A stretch of DNA of 64,000 nt from Narcine bancroftii. Its lineage: Eukaryota. Positions within the stretch are counted from its first letter, which is position 1, and each line of letters opens with the position of its first letter. The stretch covers positions 7,378,001 through 7,442,000 of the forward strand of contig NC_091477.1 of assembly GCF_036971445.1 (NCBI RefSeq), read 5' to 3'. The notes beneath the pieces are model-generated. The model did no database searches. It saw nothing but the letters and a program-made list of their open reading frames with translations, and had not been told where the DNA came from. A program made the position numbers and the translations under genes. Shown here piece by piece: positions 1 through 12,769 of the stretch.

Positions 1-188
1 AAAGGGACAGCAAAAAATCACCCATTTCCAGTTGAAGGATAACTGATTTGTCATCCTCGGGGATGAGTTGCATTCAGTGGAAAAGCAATTCATGTCCCAA
101 TTAAGGGAGGCCAGGAAACAGCATAAAGGGCTTCCTATCCTGGGACACTGCACAGCAAATTAAATGGGGTACCAGTGGAAAAGGGGCT
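1..188. mobile_element. PIF/Harbinger-like MITE, right end (left end outside window)
   Basis: Ends in ccagtggaaaaggggct. The body (ttcagtggaaaagca...ggcttcctatcc.gg.acactgca) matches the complete copy at 43570-43900. Confidence 0.6.
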
Positions 189-199
189 TTTGTTGCAAA

Positions 200-770
200 G
201 GGTAAAGATTCTTAATGGAGAAGCTGAGAAGTGATGGGGAGAAGGACGAGGGGACAAGATAGTCATAGAGACATGTAGCCAGGAAGAAGGGATAACAGAG
301 GGGAGCATAACTAAATCTTGAAAAGTCAGTCCTCAAAGCCATGAACTAATTGGGTGGAATATGATATATTGTTCCCGAGAAGATTCTTAATGAAGAAGAA
401 AGCTGAGAAGTGATGGGGAGAAGGACGAGGGGACAAGATGGTCATGGAGACATATAGCCAGGAAGAAGGGATAACAGAGGGGAGCATAACTAAATCTTGA
501 AAAGTCAGTGCTCAAAGCCATGAACTAATTGGGTGGAATATGATATATTGTTCCCGAGGCCTATACTTAGCTTCACCCTGGCAATGGACAGACATCTCTG
601 TGCGGGAAAGGTGAGGAGAATTAAAGTGGCAGCCCCACCATGTTGGCAGCTGTCAGTCACCCCCTCTGTGGGCATCGCCCTCAGGGCCCCAACTTGCAGG
701 ATGTTCCCTTTGTCCGTCTGACTCCCAGAGCTGCCTCACTCGTGGAAGGTACCCACTATTCCGGACCCTG
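200..770 (-). mobile_element. Old Penelope-like element fragment (GIY-YIG endonuclease C-terminus), partly tandem-duplicated
   Basis: Reverse complement reads HFNSP..EMSVHCQGEAKYRPREQYIIFH, a degenerate form of the PLE endonuclease tail HFNS..HS..DMS..GL....EA.RKLEEQHLIF. Confidence 0.55.
206..558. repeat. Near-perfect tandem duplication, 2 x ~175 bp
   Basis: agattcttaatg...tattgttcccgag occurs at ~206-379 and ~381-558 with few differences. Confidence 0.9.
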
Positions 771-914
771 TGAACATACCATCATCTGGCAATTGTCAAA
801 TGTTCTTAAACTTTATTTATAAATGCGTTTTCCACCCAAGCCCAACTGAACCCAAACGCCGGGGATGTGTAACCTTCACAGCTGGCATGAACTTAACCCG
901 ACACCTACCAATTA

Positions 915-1045
915 AACAAGAAAATCTGCGGATGCTGGGACTGTGTGTGACATACAATATTGGTGGAGGAACTCAGCGGGTCACGCAGCATCCATTGGAA
1001 GTAAAAAGGCAGTCGATGCTTCGGGCCTGAGCCCTTTATCAAAAA
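915..1045 (-). mobile_element. Short Penelope-derived (pLTR-like) element with degenerate hammerhead core
   Basis: ggaggaactcagc...gatgcttcgggcctgagccctttatcaa; reverse complement ttgataaagggctcaggcccgaagcatc. Confidence 0.6.
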
Positions 1046-1574
1046 TATGGATACGTTCAATCAGCTTGTAAAAAGTTAGTCAGATCTCAGTCAAACCTAT
1101 GTGCTCCTTGCATTACTTGCTCCTCTATAAGTCATCAAGGTTCAAAGGATTCAGCGTTCTATTCATTGTGTCAATCCCAATAGCTCCTTTATCCCACGCT
1201 TTGCCATGGTTCAGTTCATCGCACCCTTGCTTTATCAGTCAGAAGGTCACTTGTTTTAAAAAAGAATCTGTATATTCGCCAATCCAGTGAGGTTGAGGGG
1301 TCATTACAACCACGTCAGGGAAGTTTGTGACTTAAGAAGCAAACTTGCGGTGTTGGTCTTTCCTTGAATCTGCTGGTCTTGTGTAGTCAGGGTCACAGTG
1401 AGTGCAGGTTTAGAGAGGAGGCTGTAAGAAAATCTTGGTGTCTTGCTGCTTTGCAACCTGCAGACACTGTATGCTTTAGCCACTCAGTCTGGGTTAGCAA
1501 GACTGATGAATGAAGTCAAACAAAACAAAAAGATTGCAAGAAATCTGCTCGATAAGAGGAAAACTTTGGTTATT

Positions 1575-2135
1575 CTTTGGCAAGGCCATTGCAATATTCC
1601 AATATCCCATTGCAATTCCCCACCCCAATCCTATTTTGGCATGTCTGTCCATGGTCTCTGCACTACCAGACTGACACCACCGGCAAATTGGAGGAACAAC
1701 ACCTCATCTTCCATCTGAGCACCCTCCTACCAGATGGCATTAACATCGGCTTTTCCAATTAGGCACCCCCCCCTTACCTGTCCCTCCCATTTTCCTATCC
1801 CTATGCCTTCTTCCCTCCAGCTCTGACTCTCTCTCTCTTCCCTCCAGCTCTGCATTCATAGAGATATCCTTCTCCCCTGACCAATTCTCACCTTCCCTCT
1901 CCTGTCCTCCTATCCATGTCCAATGATGGCCTTTTGCCTGTGGGCTTGAGCTCATCTCCCTTTTGTTTTCCCCTCCATTCTGAGCCTTTCTATTCAGGCG
2001 CCTGCCTACTTTTTGCTCAAACCTTGTCGAAGAGCTCAATATATCTTTACCTCCTATGTACACTGAAGGACCAGCTGAGTTCCTCTGCCAATTTTGTGTT
2101 TTTAACGGCAATCATAGTGTCTTCAGACTTTCTTC
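1575..2135 (+). mobile_element. Penelope-like element 3' fragment (GIY-YIG tail, pyrimidine-rich UTR, pLTR-like end)
   Basis: Translates HYQTDTTGKLEEQHLIFHLSTLLPDGINIGFSN*, the typical C-terminus of vertebrate PLE endonucleases, followed by the ctgagttcctc... terminal segment. Confidence 0.75.
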
Positions 2136-2547
2136 ACTTAATATTCCACCATCCCTCGTTCTATCATGCTTGTTCTTGAAATTCTGCAGTTTGTGTCCCA
2201 ATTCAGATCAGGTCCTATTTACTTTTCATCCTTGCATTTGTTGATGTCCTTTAGCTTTTGGATGAGCAATCTGTTAACTTTAGCAAGATGCACAAAAGTG
2301 ATGAAGAAACTTAAAAGGTCACACAGCATCTATACGAAACAATAACCAATGTTTCGGACTGAGAATATAGTTTTTTTTTTCCCTTTTCAATTCCTCTAAT
2401 CTCCGCCCGATTGATAAGCTCAATAGTGTCTTATTATTTATTAATATATTAACAAATAAATATTGGAGTTTCTCCAATCATGGCCTCTTTGCCTTTATGG
2501 CATGCAAAAGTTGAGGTATATCATGTTTATTTCATTTTCACATTAGG

Positions 2548-3484
2548 TGATAAGTTTTGGGGAGATAAATTGAGAAAGGTTTGTTAGTGTAGGTTACATA
2601 CAAACACTTTAAAACAGATCTATTTGAAATACTGGAGCTCTGCTAATTCTAGACATATCAGCTCCACAGCTTTTGCAAGAACTTTGAAGAGTGCTCAAGA
2701 GACTTCGCTAATGGATTGTCATTTACAAGAGGCAACAGATGAAAGATCTTGTTGGAGCCGCAAATTGTCTGGAGATCTTCTAAGAGGGTCATGTGGTTGT
2801 GCAAGCAGAGAGTCAACAGTCATTTTCTCAGAGAGAGAGGGAGACACACACAGATCTTTTATGCAGGGTTACAGCAAGCTTGTTCAAAACCCCCATTTGG
2901 AAGACGGCCTGGTCAAAGACCTTGTGGCTCATGCAAGAGGAGACGATTGGCTGCCTAAAGTTTCACTTGGAATAAGAGAAACAAGAAGGTACTCTGTGGT
3001 GACATGAAAGAAAGAGGTGATCATCTGGAGAACCCTGAAGGGGAAAGTTTCATCAGCAAGACACTGAAGTAGCTAACGGAAGTACATCAGTTGTGGATGT
3101 CCTGGAACAACATATCTCTCTCTGAAAACCGTCAAGAACCTTCCTGAGTGGTAACCATTTACCTTTCAAGCACCAAAGCCTGGTGAACTTTGTAAATGTT
3201 AAATTCTGAGCACAGTATAAGAATTGCCTGCAACCAGTGAACTTGGAGAATTGAAAAGTGAGATTGGACTGTGAGCCAAAGAACTTTTCTGAACTTACAC
3301 ACACATTACATGTGTGCTTAGAATTAGAAGGGGGTTAAGTTAGGTTAATTAAGTTAGTGATAAGTTAAAATGTGATTCTATTTTAATGTTTAAAGATCAT
3401 TAAAATCAACTTTTGTTTAAGTAACCATTTGTCTTGGTGAATATCTATTGCTGCTGGGGTTTGGGATCCTCTGGGTTCATAACA
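2548..3484 (+). mobile_element. Probable solo LTR (Gypsy/ERV type)
   Basis: ~0.9 kb noncoding block ending ...ctctgggttcataaca (CA terminus), with ATTAAA at ~3399 and a GT-rich U5-like tail. The 5' boundary is uncertain and no TSD was confirmed. Confidence 0.45.
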
Positions 3485-4219
3485 CAGGATTTAATTGCTC
3501 CATCCTTGGCAGCCATGCCTTCAGCTAACTTCACCATTACGTCCAGAATTCTCTCCCTAAACTTCTTCCCCGTTTCATAAAGGTGTCCCACAAAACCAAT
3601 CTCCTCTGCAGCCAACATTTTAGTCATTTTCTCCACTGTCTTGTGATGTGGCTCAGCTATTTTTGATTAGTTGGCCTGGCTGGAAGAACTTTGAAATTGT
3701 TCTGTCATACTGTGGTTGAAAAGTTCATGTTTTGGGTCAAGAGAGATCCATTTCACTCTTGTGTTTGGGCCAATCAATCAATTAATTAATTTTAACTTCA
3801 GTGAACCACAAGAATGGTTGTGAGGATTCAATTTTGATCCATGGTTAAGAAAACTTAAGTTTGTCATGCAGAGTCTTGACCTGAAATATTGACTTTCTCT
3901 ATCCCTGCTGCTTGACCTAATGAAATTCCTCCAAAAGTTTGTTTTTGTTCTAGATTCAAGCATCTGTGGTACCAGTTCAGGTATCTCTGGCTTTCCTATA
4001 TAAAGGACACTGCTTCTCCAGCATTTTGTGTTTTTATTTCAACCATGGTGCCCACAGAATTTTGTCTTTTACTTCTGCAGTACCAGCTCAAGTTTATTTG
4101 ATCGGTACAATTGCATCAGTGCAACCCGACGAAACAAGAGTTTTCCAGACAACGGTGCAGAACAGTGCAAACACACAGAGGGAAACACAAATGTCCGCAG
4201 CCGCTGCGATTGTCGTAAG

Positions 4220-4375
4220 ATTGTGCAGAAATGCAGGAAGAACTCAGAGTCCATAAGAGTTAAAAATATATTACCGAGGCCCGAAACGTCACTAATATCT
4301 TTACCTCCTACGAACACTGTGAGACCAGCTGAGTTCCTCCAGCATTTCTGTGTGCTTTTAAACACACAGACAGTC
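4220..4375. mobile_element. Penelope-derived short element, inverted (fold-back) pair
   Basis: gcagaaatgcaggaagaactcag on the left pairs with ctgagttcctccagcatttctgtg on the right; the centre contains ggcccgaaacgtc. Confidence 0.6.
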
Positions 4376-5767
4376 ATAATACACCTACTGAAAAACGATG
4401 CATTCCACAGTACATATGTACTTATATTAAAATAAATATTCTTCCAGCAGTCACTTAGCAGCGACACTGCCCGCGAGAAGAAACTGTTCCTCAGCCTGGT
4501 GGTTCAGCCTCCAGTTCTTGTGTATCCTTTTCCTAATGGGAATAGCTGGAAGATGCTGGGTGTATGGTTCCACCCCTGTATCTCCCTTAAGTTCACCTAA
4601 GGTTGGCATCGATTGCCATTCACTTTCAGGAAGTGGGATCTGTGCCTCGGACTTTCGTGACCTGATGTGAGGGTATTACCCTTTGAGCCATAGATGCTGA
4701 GCAATTCAATACAAGAAAGAGTCATAAAGGACAATTATGGAAATCTAAGGGAAAGGGAAAAGTCATGCAAAATGCACTTTCGTCATGCCAGGATTGGCAC
4801 AATGGCAAGAATGGCCTCCATCTGGAGTGTATGAAACTATGACAAATGGCAAAACAGTTTCCTGGCTTAGCTTTCCATCTTTTCTTTGCTGATTTTGAAA
4901 AAGTCATTAAAATAAAACTGGCTGACTAGCTTGGACCCGGGCCAGTATCTAAATTCCCACCCAGGGTCAGTCAAGCAGTGCAGTAATGAGACAAGTGTTG
5001 AACATTTAGAAGTGCCACCTTTGCGTTAAATTGAGAAACTGCTTTCCTTTGCATATCAGGATAAAATGTCCCATGGCGGTACTCAAAGAAATGCAGGGGT
5101 CTTCCCAGCTAACCTGCCCGAATTTAATCCAGATGGGAGCCACAAGGGGCCATGGAGTGAAATTTTAAAAAAAATGATATTTTTTTTAGGTTGGAGAGAA
5201 GTATGGAAGAAACTAACTAAACCTGACAGCTTCTCAGGGAAGGGATCCCATAAACTTTGACCAGAGTCCTAAAGGGACCATAGCCAAAACAAAAGAGAGT
5301 TCAGAATGGTTGACCGAAAGTATGCTGTGAATAATCCTTGCTCTCTGTCAGTTGTCACAACCTGAGCTGCAATGGAACAGAAATCCACCCCATCAATATA
5401 CACACACCATTGGCTGAAGGTAGCTTTGAGCTAGATCAATCATGAATGGATATGTTTGCCATGTTCACCAATATCCAGTGCGAAACTTTGTTTTGTGCAT
5501 TATCCAAGCAAGTCAGCCTATGCACAGTAGAACAGGTAGTGCAAGAATTTTTAAAAATTGCAGAGTATATCTGGGATTCCACAAACTATTCTGTCTCTCC
5601 AGTACTTCATGCCTCGATTTATAAATTTCAAGGACCTCGTACATCTTTTTAATTACTTTCTCAACCCACCCTATTCTACGACTGATTCCACCTGTATTGA
5701 ATTTGTCCATCGTTATTGAATGTAGATCTACCGGGAGCAATGCCTGAAGAGGGCGCACAAAATCAGT

Positions 5768-5842
5768 GAACCGGTGTGGACTCGAAAGGCCAACATGGCC
5801 TGTTTCCGCTCCGTAAATGGTTATGTGGTTATATGGTTATAT
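5768..5842 (+). mobile_element. CR1 LINE extreme 3' end with (atggttat)n tail
   Basis: ggactcgaaaggccaacatggcctgtttccgctccgtaaatggttatgtggttatatggttat, a CR1-type terminal stem with short tandem tail. Confidence 0.6.
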
Positions 5843-5988
5843 AGTATTACAATTGAAAAACATGTTACAGAAAGCAACAAATGGATAGTATAGTATTAAA
5901 AAGAAAACTACAGTTAAACGGTGCAAGGCAGCAAATTATAACAATGGGGGCTGCACTCAAGAGTCAGATAACAGCAGGAAAGAATCTA

Positions 5989-6228
5989 GGTGGCACAGTT
6001 GGTATAGCAGTTAGCGTAGTGCCTTTACAGTGCCTGCAATCGGGACTGGAGTGCAAATCCCGCTCTGACTGTAAGGAATTTCTACATTCTCCCGTGCCTG
6101 CATTTGTTTTCCCCGGGGGCTCCAGTTTCCTCCCGTAGGTTAATTGGGGCGTAAGTTAATTGGGTGTAAATTGGGCGGCAAGGACTCATGGGCCGAAATG
6201 GCCCGTTACTGTGCTGTACGTCTAAACT
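5989..6228 (+). mobile_element. tRNA-derived V-SINE (HE1-like)
   Basis: tRNA-like head ggtggcacagttggtatagcagttagcg, V-domain ctgtaaggaattt.tacattctcccgtg..tttcctccc, and CR1-like tail gggccgaaatggcc. Confidence 0.75.
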
Positions 6229-6371
6229 TTTAAAAAATTAAATCTGGCGGTGTGTGTTTTCAAGCTCATAAATCTCCTGACAAACTGGAAGTGGGTGTGG
6301 AGAGTATGACCGGGATGAGACTACTTTCACTAAATTTGTCATAATCTTTCTACTTCAGAAACGATAAATTA

Positions 6372-7295
6372 CACTGGACAACAACAATTTAGCTTCCTGG
6401 ACATTTTTGGGTGTATTTTATGGATTTGGGGCTGCAAATTTCTGAAAGAACAATGAACCACAGACTCTACCTCACTTTGTCTTTTCATTTTTCTTGCACT
6501 ATTTTATTTATTTTGAAATGTGGTTTCGAGAAATGTTTGCATGGTGAATCTGCTGCTAAAAATGAATTTCATGACATGTTCATGACAATAAATTTTGATT
6601 CTGAAATCACCTTAAAATTTTCCTTTCACGTACCGTTTCTTCGATATAACCTATTTTTGTGATTACCTGTCATATTTTAATTTCCCACAGAGCAAGATGT
6701 TTTGGTCAGTCCAAGCCTGCTTGGGCATGCACTCAATGCAGGTGCTATGCAAATGTTGCCTTAGACCTGGGCATGCTCAGTCAGGATAGATGGAGACAGG
6801 CCATAACAGCAGTTCACATATACAGATGCTGTGCATTACATTGATTATGTTGCTGCACATGTTCTTCTAGCAATAGCAGAGTGAGTGTACTAAGTAATAG
6901 CATTTATTGTCTTCAAGAAGATTCAATGCAGTAAAAGTGTCTCGTCAATGTCGCAACAGCTGCGATACATTCTGTTACATTTGCAATGAGTATATGCTTA
7001 AGCTTCAAAGACACAGCATGACTGCACTTATGAAGAAAACCAATGCTTTCACTTCAGCTGTAAAATCTGTGACCAAGACAAACCCTGGGCTCCTCGCATT
7101 TATTGTGCAACATGTGCAGTCAACCTGAGAGCATCACTATGTGTTTAAACAAGATAAAGTTAATTTTAATGTTTCTCCAACTTCCGACATGAGTTAGCAA
7201 ACGTGAAATGATCTCTGTGTTTAACTTGAAGTTGTCTACCATAATGCCCATTTTTTTTCAGGAAACAAACCGATTGACACAAATGTTGTCCACTG
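6372..7295 (+). mobile_element. Chapaev3-like (CMC superfamily) DNA transposon, internally deleted
   Basis: TIRs cactggacaaca / tgttgtccactg (1 mismatch), TTA on both sides (6369-6371, 7296-7298). Transposase N-terminal remnant CRNSCDTFCYICNEY...(frameshift)...CKICDQDKPWAPRIYCATC at ~6945-7120. Confidence 0.7.
6448..6607 (+). mobile_element. LINE 3' tail fragment (Rex1-like) inserted into the Chapaev3 element
   Basis: Ends tttcatgacatgttcatgacaataaattttgattctga; the same tail type occurs at ~25200-25245. tctgaaa is present on both flanks. Confidence 0.5.
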
Positions 7296-7959
7296 TTATT
7301 AATGTACATTTTTGCAAAGGCTGGTCAGAATATTAATACCAACTGCAACAACACCCACTAGAGCCTGGAAATAAGATTCTAACCAAAGCAACACTGGGGT
7401 CAAATATTTCTAGCTGTGGAACTAACTGAGGTTATTATGAAGTATTGCAGCCAAAGGGATATTTTCACCCCCTGTGATGCAAGTTAAATCTGTCTCATGG
7501 TAACAATCAATTCTTGCCCAGTTATCTCTTGGCTCGGTTCCACTCCTGCAGTAAGCCATAATCATTCTTGATCTAACAGATGGTCAGTTTTTGCAATGCT
7601 GTCTCTCTCTCTCTCTAACGGAGGAGTGCATGCAAGATCATGCCCTATACTCCTCTGGAAGGCAAAGCATGCTTGCCTCTCTGGAAAGGACAAGAATTCA
7701 GATGTTTGGAGGGACACATGTGCTCAGTACTAATTAACCTAACTATTAATGTTGAAAAGTAAATTAATTTTAAAAAAACATTACAAATTTGAAGGGGTGC
7801 ATACTTGTGAACCCTCAAATTTACTTTCCAAGTACAAGGAGTTCATTTGTCCCATAAATTTTCTGCTGTTTCTCAGACCAAACCCAAGAACCTCACACCC
7901 CACTTAACAGAGAAAGGAAGGAATCTCATTCAGGTCATTTGAGAACAATTTGTTTCACA

Positions 7960-8290
7960 GGGTGTCAAAGTGGTGCAGAGTTACTCATGCTACCTCGCTG
8001 CTCCAGTCACCCGATCCAATCCTGACCTCAGGTGCTGCCTGTGTGAAGTTTGCATGCTCTCGCTGTAACCTGGGTGGGGTTCCTCCATGTGCTCCAGTTT
8101 CCTCTCTCATTCCACAGATTAAATGATGATAGTGAATTACCCGCAGTGTAAGTGGATGGCAGGAGAATCGGTCAGACTTGATGGGTGTCTACAAGAGATT
8201 AGGCTACTGGGAGATAAGTGGAGGAGTGGGACTGATGGGAATGTTCTGAGAGCCAGAATAGACTTGAAAGGCCAAATGGCCTCTTTGTAC
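7960..8290 (+). mobile_element. Old V-SINE
   Basis: tgtgtgaagtttgcatgctctc...ttcctccatgtgctccagtttcctc V-domain with gaaaggccaaatggcctc tail. Confidence 0.65.
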
Positions 8291-10349
8291 GTTGGAAAGG
8301 CAACACGAAAACTCTCAAACCTGCCATCCAAAAGGCCATGGAGAATTCACCCATGGAAATATCATCACCAGCTAGTTCTTACAGGGAACACTACCCTAAA
8401 TTACATTTGCATTCCCGTTTCTTCATAGCCATTGGGAGATGAAACACACTATACTGTGACTTCACTACACAAGCTCCAGCACTTCCCCCACCATTTCTCA
8501 ATGGAAGGTCACTAAACGCTGCCCTTGACAGCGATGTTAACATAGTGAGAATCAATTTAAAAAGTTGTTTATGGTGGAAATGTATCCTCTTGTGATTTTG
8601 CAATGGAACTGCTTCATAAAGAACTGAGAGAAAATGCAAAAATATTGTAATATATACAAAAATTACCATGAATATCTAGATTGATTTTGCCTTCAATGCA
8701 GTTGGGAAACATCCAAGAGTGAGCACCAGTCTACTCTGGTCCAGTCTCAATCTCGTTTCCCATTCTTTTCAGCCAATAACCCGCAGCAATATTTTTAGGG
8801 AACAAAGTCAAAAGCACCTTGATTACTTTTGTCCAAATGACCCAAGAAGAGAGTTAGCTTTAATACCAATTTCAGTCATTGCTGAAACTCCATTTATGAG
8901 AGCAAATGATCCAATATCCCACAAAAGATTCCTGCCAGGACAGTAGAACAGAGAAGTTTGGAGAGGAGATTCCAGAGCTTTAACCCATAACAGCTGGGGA
9001 GATACCAACCAATGTAAACTGGAATCAGAACACATCACAGTCGAACCATGTAAAATTGATCCACCCTCCTCCACTTGCTAATGAGTCATTCAATAAGTTG
9101 GCCTTGGTGGTCTAATGCAGTGCCCAGATGTTTGCCACAAGCCCTGGCCAAGACTAGCATGCTCTGAAGAGTAACTGATGTTCTCATGCCACATCTGACA
9201 CATAATTAATCCCAGCCAGGATGCTTCTATCTTCCAATTATTAGTAGTTTGCATTTCGCTGGAGGACAAACCCAAAATTCACACCATAGGATTCATGGCA
9301 GTGCATTCTCAGCAAATTCAGGAGAATTAAACAGAGGACACAAGGGGGATGAGGTTTCAAATGTCTGCTTTAAAATTCTGGTGCAAAATTTGTGGTTGCT
9401 GCATTACATAAAGATAGATTGAAGCCAAGAATGGCTTAAGCTCACCACAGGAACGATCAACCACCCCACTGATGGAACCAGAGAAGAGTTGTTGAATCAG
9501 GAATTCTTCTGCCCACATTCTCTGACTTGGCATGTATGCAGCACGATTTTGAGTGAGTTTATTTCATCCCTGGATTGTGACATCTAGGTTCCTTGCATGT
9601 TGAATCAATGTAGGGTGGAAGGGTCATTATTATGTTCAGAGACCCAAAGTAAAGATCCAAATGAAACCTGATTTCAATTTCCCCTCCAACAGTTGGGAAA
9701 TGTGGACATGGTTAATTGAATGAATCAGTAACACAGGCAAGTCTTAGGCATACAAAGGGATTGCTTTCCTGAGGGCTGTCCGCATCCAAAATGTTTCGTA
9801 CTTCAGAAAAGACAGTGGGGGCGAGAAGCACAGGAAGCCCTGTGATGAGTGAGTGAAAGGGGAAGAGGGAAGAGGGACCAGCAGCTAGTCTCGCTGACTC
9901 AGTGGGCGATCAAGTAAGCCTTCTCAGGGATCCCAGGCATCTACTCAGCTCAACCAAGTCTTTGCCTGTTGCAAGAGTTAAACAAGAAAAGACAACAGTA
10001 GTTGCAATCCACAAATGTGCTGGGGAAACTCAGCAGGTCATGCAGCATCTGCAGGAAGGAAGAGCAGCAGAGATAACGGAGGGAGAACAGTGAGAGAAGC
10101 TCTCACAGACCCTTGCCTGTGGCAGATTGTTCAGATGTAACGATGCCCATAAAAAATCAGGCATTCAAAACTCAGGGAGGATCTGTACAAATTAAAATAT
10201 ATTATTTTGAATCTAATGAACACGAGATCCTGTGAGTGCTATATAAAGGGAGGGGAAGGTTTGTAGTTTGGCCAAAACTTAACTCCAGAGCAAGAGTAAT
10301 ATCATTCATTCTCAATATCAAGAGTGTCCTGGCCTCTACATCTCAGTTC

Positions 10350-10866
10350 AGTACGGTTGCTGCAGAGAAATAGATTGGCAGTCAATCCACAGAACCATAA
10401 GAGTGGCAGAGAGGATCACCAGAGTCTCCTTCTACCATCGCCCCCGCCCCCCCCCCCTTCCCGCATCGATGGGATCTAACAGGATTATGGTCTGAAGCGG
10501 GTGCGTAAAATTATTATGAGCCTCTTTCACCCTGCACGCAGCATCTTTCAGCTGCTCCCGTCGGGAAAGAGATACAGGAGGATCAGAGCCAACACCACCA
10601 GGCTGAGGAACAGCTTCTCCCCACGGGCGGTGAGATACTGAACGACCAAAGGAACTGCTCACACTGACTCTCCCAGACTCTTATAATATTTATAAATCAA
10701 TATTTAATTAATTTGTATATATGAATACTTCACCTGCATATGTATTGCTTATATGTGTGTTACGTCTGGTTGTGTGTCTGCGTGTTTTGCACCATGGACC
10801 AGAAAACGCTGTTTCATCGGGTTGTACTTGTGCAATCAAATGACAATAAATTTAGCTTGACTTGAA
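10350..10866 (+). mobile_element. Rex1/Babar LINE 3' fragment
   Basis: RT C-terminal motif region (ttcaccctgcacgc..ctgctcccgtcgggaaagagatacaggag..accaccaggctgaggaacagcttc) and tgacaataaa...cttgacttga tail. Confidence 0.75.
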
Positions 10867-10959
10867 CTGCTCTATGAAATGTCATGATAACAACCTCTCT
10901 CTTAACATTAAGAAGCTGAATAAGTTAATCAAGAAGAGGTAGCAAAGTCCACACCTTTG

Positions 10960-11975
10960 TCCTAATGGTGCTGAAGTGGAAAGAATAAATAGCTGCAGGT
11001 TCTTTGGAATAAATAGCTCCAGTGACCTGACCTGGGACACAGTCAAAGAAGTGCACCAATGCCTCTACTTTTTTAGATGAGGAAGGAAATTCTGCATGTC
11101 CGTCTGTCCCTCCACAACTTCTATAGGTGCACCATCCAAAGCATTCATGCTGGTAGCAGAGCTGCTCTGCTCAAGATCAGAGGAAGCTACAGAAGGTGGT
11201 AAATGTAGCTCAGAACATAATGCCAAGTTCTCTCCACTCCATGGATTCCATCGACATCCAGGAAAGTCAGCCAACATATTGAAAGACCCATCATACCCTA
11301 GACACATGAGCAAATTTAAATCCTTGGGAGTTACGATCTCGGAGGATCTTTCCTGGACCCAACACAATAATGGCATATTGAAGAAAGCACATCAGTGCCT
11401 ATACATTCTCAGTAGTTTGTGGAGGTTTGGCATGACATGGGAAACTCTGGTGAATTTCTACAGCTGTGTGGTGGAAAGTGTGCTGACCAGTTGCATTACG
11501 GTCTGGTATGGGGGCAACAATACCCCTGAGCATAAATCCCTTGGCCCAGGACATCACAGACAAAATCTTCCCCATCAATGAGAATACCTACAGGGAACGC
11601 TGTCGTCAGAGAGCAACAGCAATCATCAAGGATCCACCCCACCCAGCACACGCTCTGTTCTCGCTGCTGCCATCAGGAAAGAGGTAACGGTGCCACAAGA
11701 CTTGCTCCACCAGGTTCAGGATCAGCCGCTCCCCCTCCACCATCAGACTCCTCAGCGAAAATTCATTCAGGGACTAATTTAAAGGCTCTGATTTTTGCAC
11801 TTAATTGATTTTTTTCCCCTATCTGTTTTGCAGTTTGTTTACATTTATTTGTTTAGATGTGTAGGGTTTGTTTTGCACTACCAATAAGTGGTAGTTCTGC
11901 CTGGCCCACAGGAAAAAGAATCTCAGGGTTGTAGGTGAAGTCATGTATGTACCCTGACAAAACAAATCTGAAACC
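10960..11975 (+). mobile_element. Rex1/Babar LINE fragments (older 10960-11300, younger 11303-11975)
   Basis: KFKSLGVTISEDLSWTQHNNGILKKAHQCLYILSSLWRFGM..TLVNFYSCVVESVLTSCITVWYG is the characteristic Rex1 RT/thumb region; 3' UTR follows. Confidence 0.85.
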
Positions 11976-12383
11976 TGAGATATCCCATTGAGGAAAACAC
12001 TTAAAAGTGTGAAAGCACACACCAACAGTTGATTCCCCACAGCCATCCAGCTCCTGACTGAACCCCACAGCAGTGCCCCTCATGCTGCCCTTGTTTGATA
12101 CCAATTGATCTTTCTTTTCATGGCACTCCTGTTCTTGTTAATTGTGCTCTTTACATGCCTGTACAAATGTTAGAGTTGACCTGAGAGACTGCTTGCAGAA
12201 GAAACCATCTCACTGTACTCGGTATAATGTCACCAATAAGCATAAATTTAAACAAGTGTAGACACTCTCTTTAGAGTGCCCAAAACTTTGGGCCTTCCAG
12301 GGTAAGGAGTTGTCCATATGGAATTTGTCATTTGCCACATTCTAAGATGCAATTGTATGTCCAGAGGGTGGTACGGAATCTCA

Positions 12384-12769
12384 AGCCCCTTTCACATTTG
12401 CCAGTGATCCCAGGAATCGAATGCCAATCAGCCTTTAAAGTGGCAAGTGTGAAAGCAAAATCTGCTCAACGCCGGCATCAGATCACATCATCTCACTTCG
12501 GGGTTTGCTGGCCTCGACCCCTAGTACAATCTCTGACGTCTGCAGATGCTGGCATTGAGATCAGCCAAGTGTGAAACGGGCAATGGCAATGCGGGCACTT
12601 CCTATTAAAGGTAGAACAGGCCAAACGCCGGGGATAAACCCTTGCAAGTGTGAAAGCATTCAGTGTCCCAGTTGGGAAGGGTCTAGTGTGAAAGGCCAAA
12701 TTCCCCCCCCCATTCCTATCCCGGCACACTGAACGGCCGACTTACTGGGATGCAAGAGTGAAAGGGGCT
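12384..12769. mobile_element. PIF/Harbinger-type MITE, complete
   Basis: TIRs agcccctttcac / gtgaaaggggct, 3-bp TSD tca (12381-12383, 12770-12772), internal repeats of caagtgtgaaa. Confidence 0.8.
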
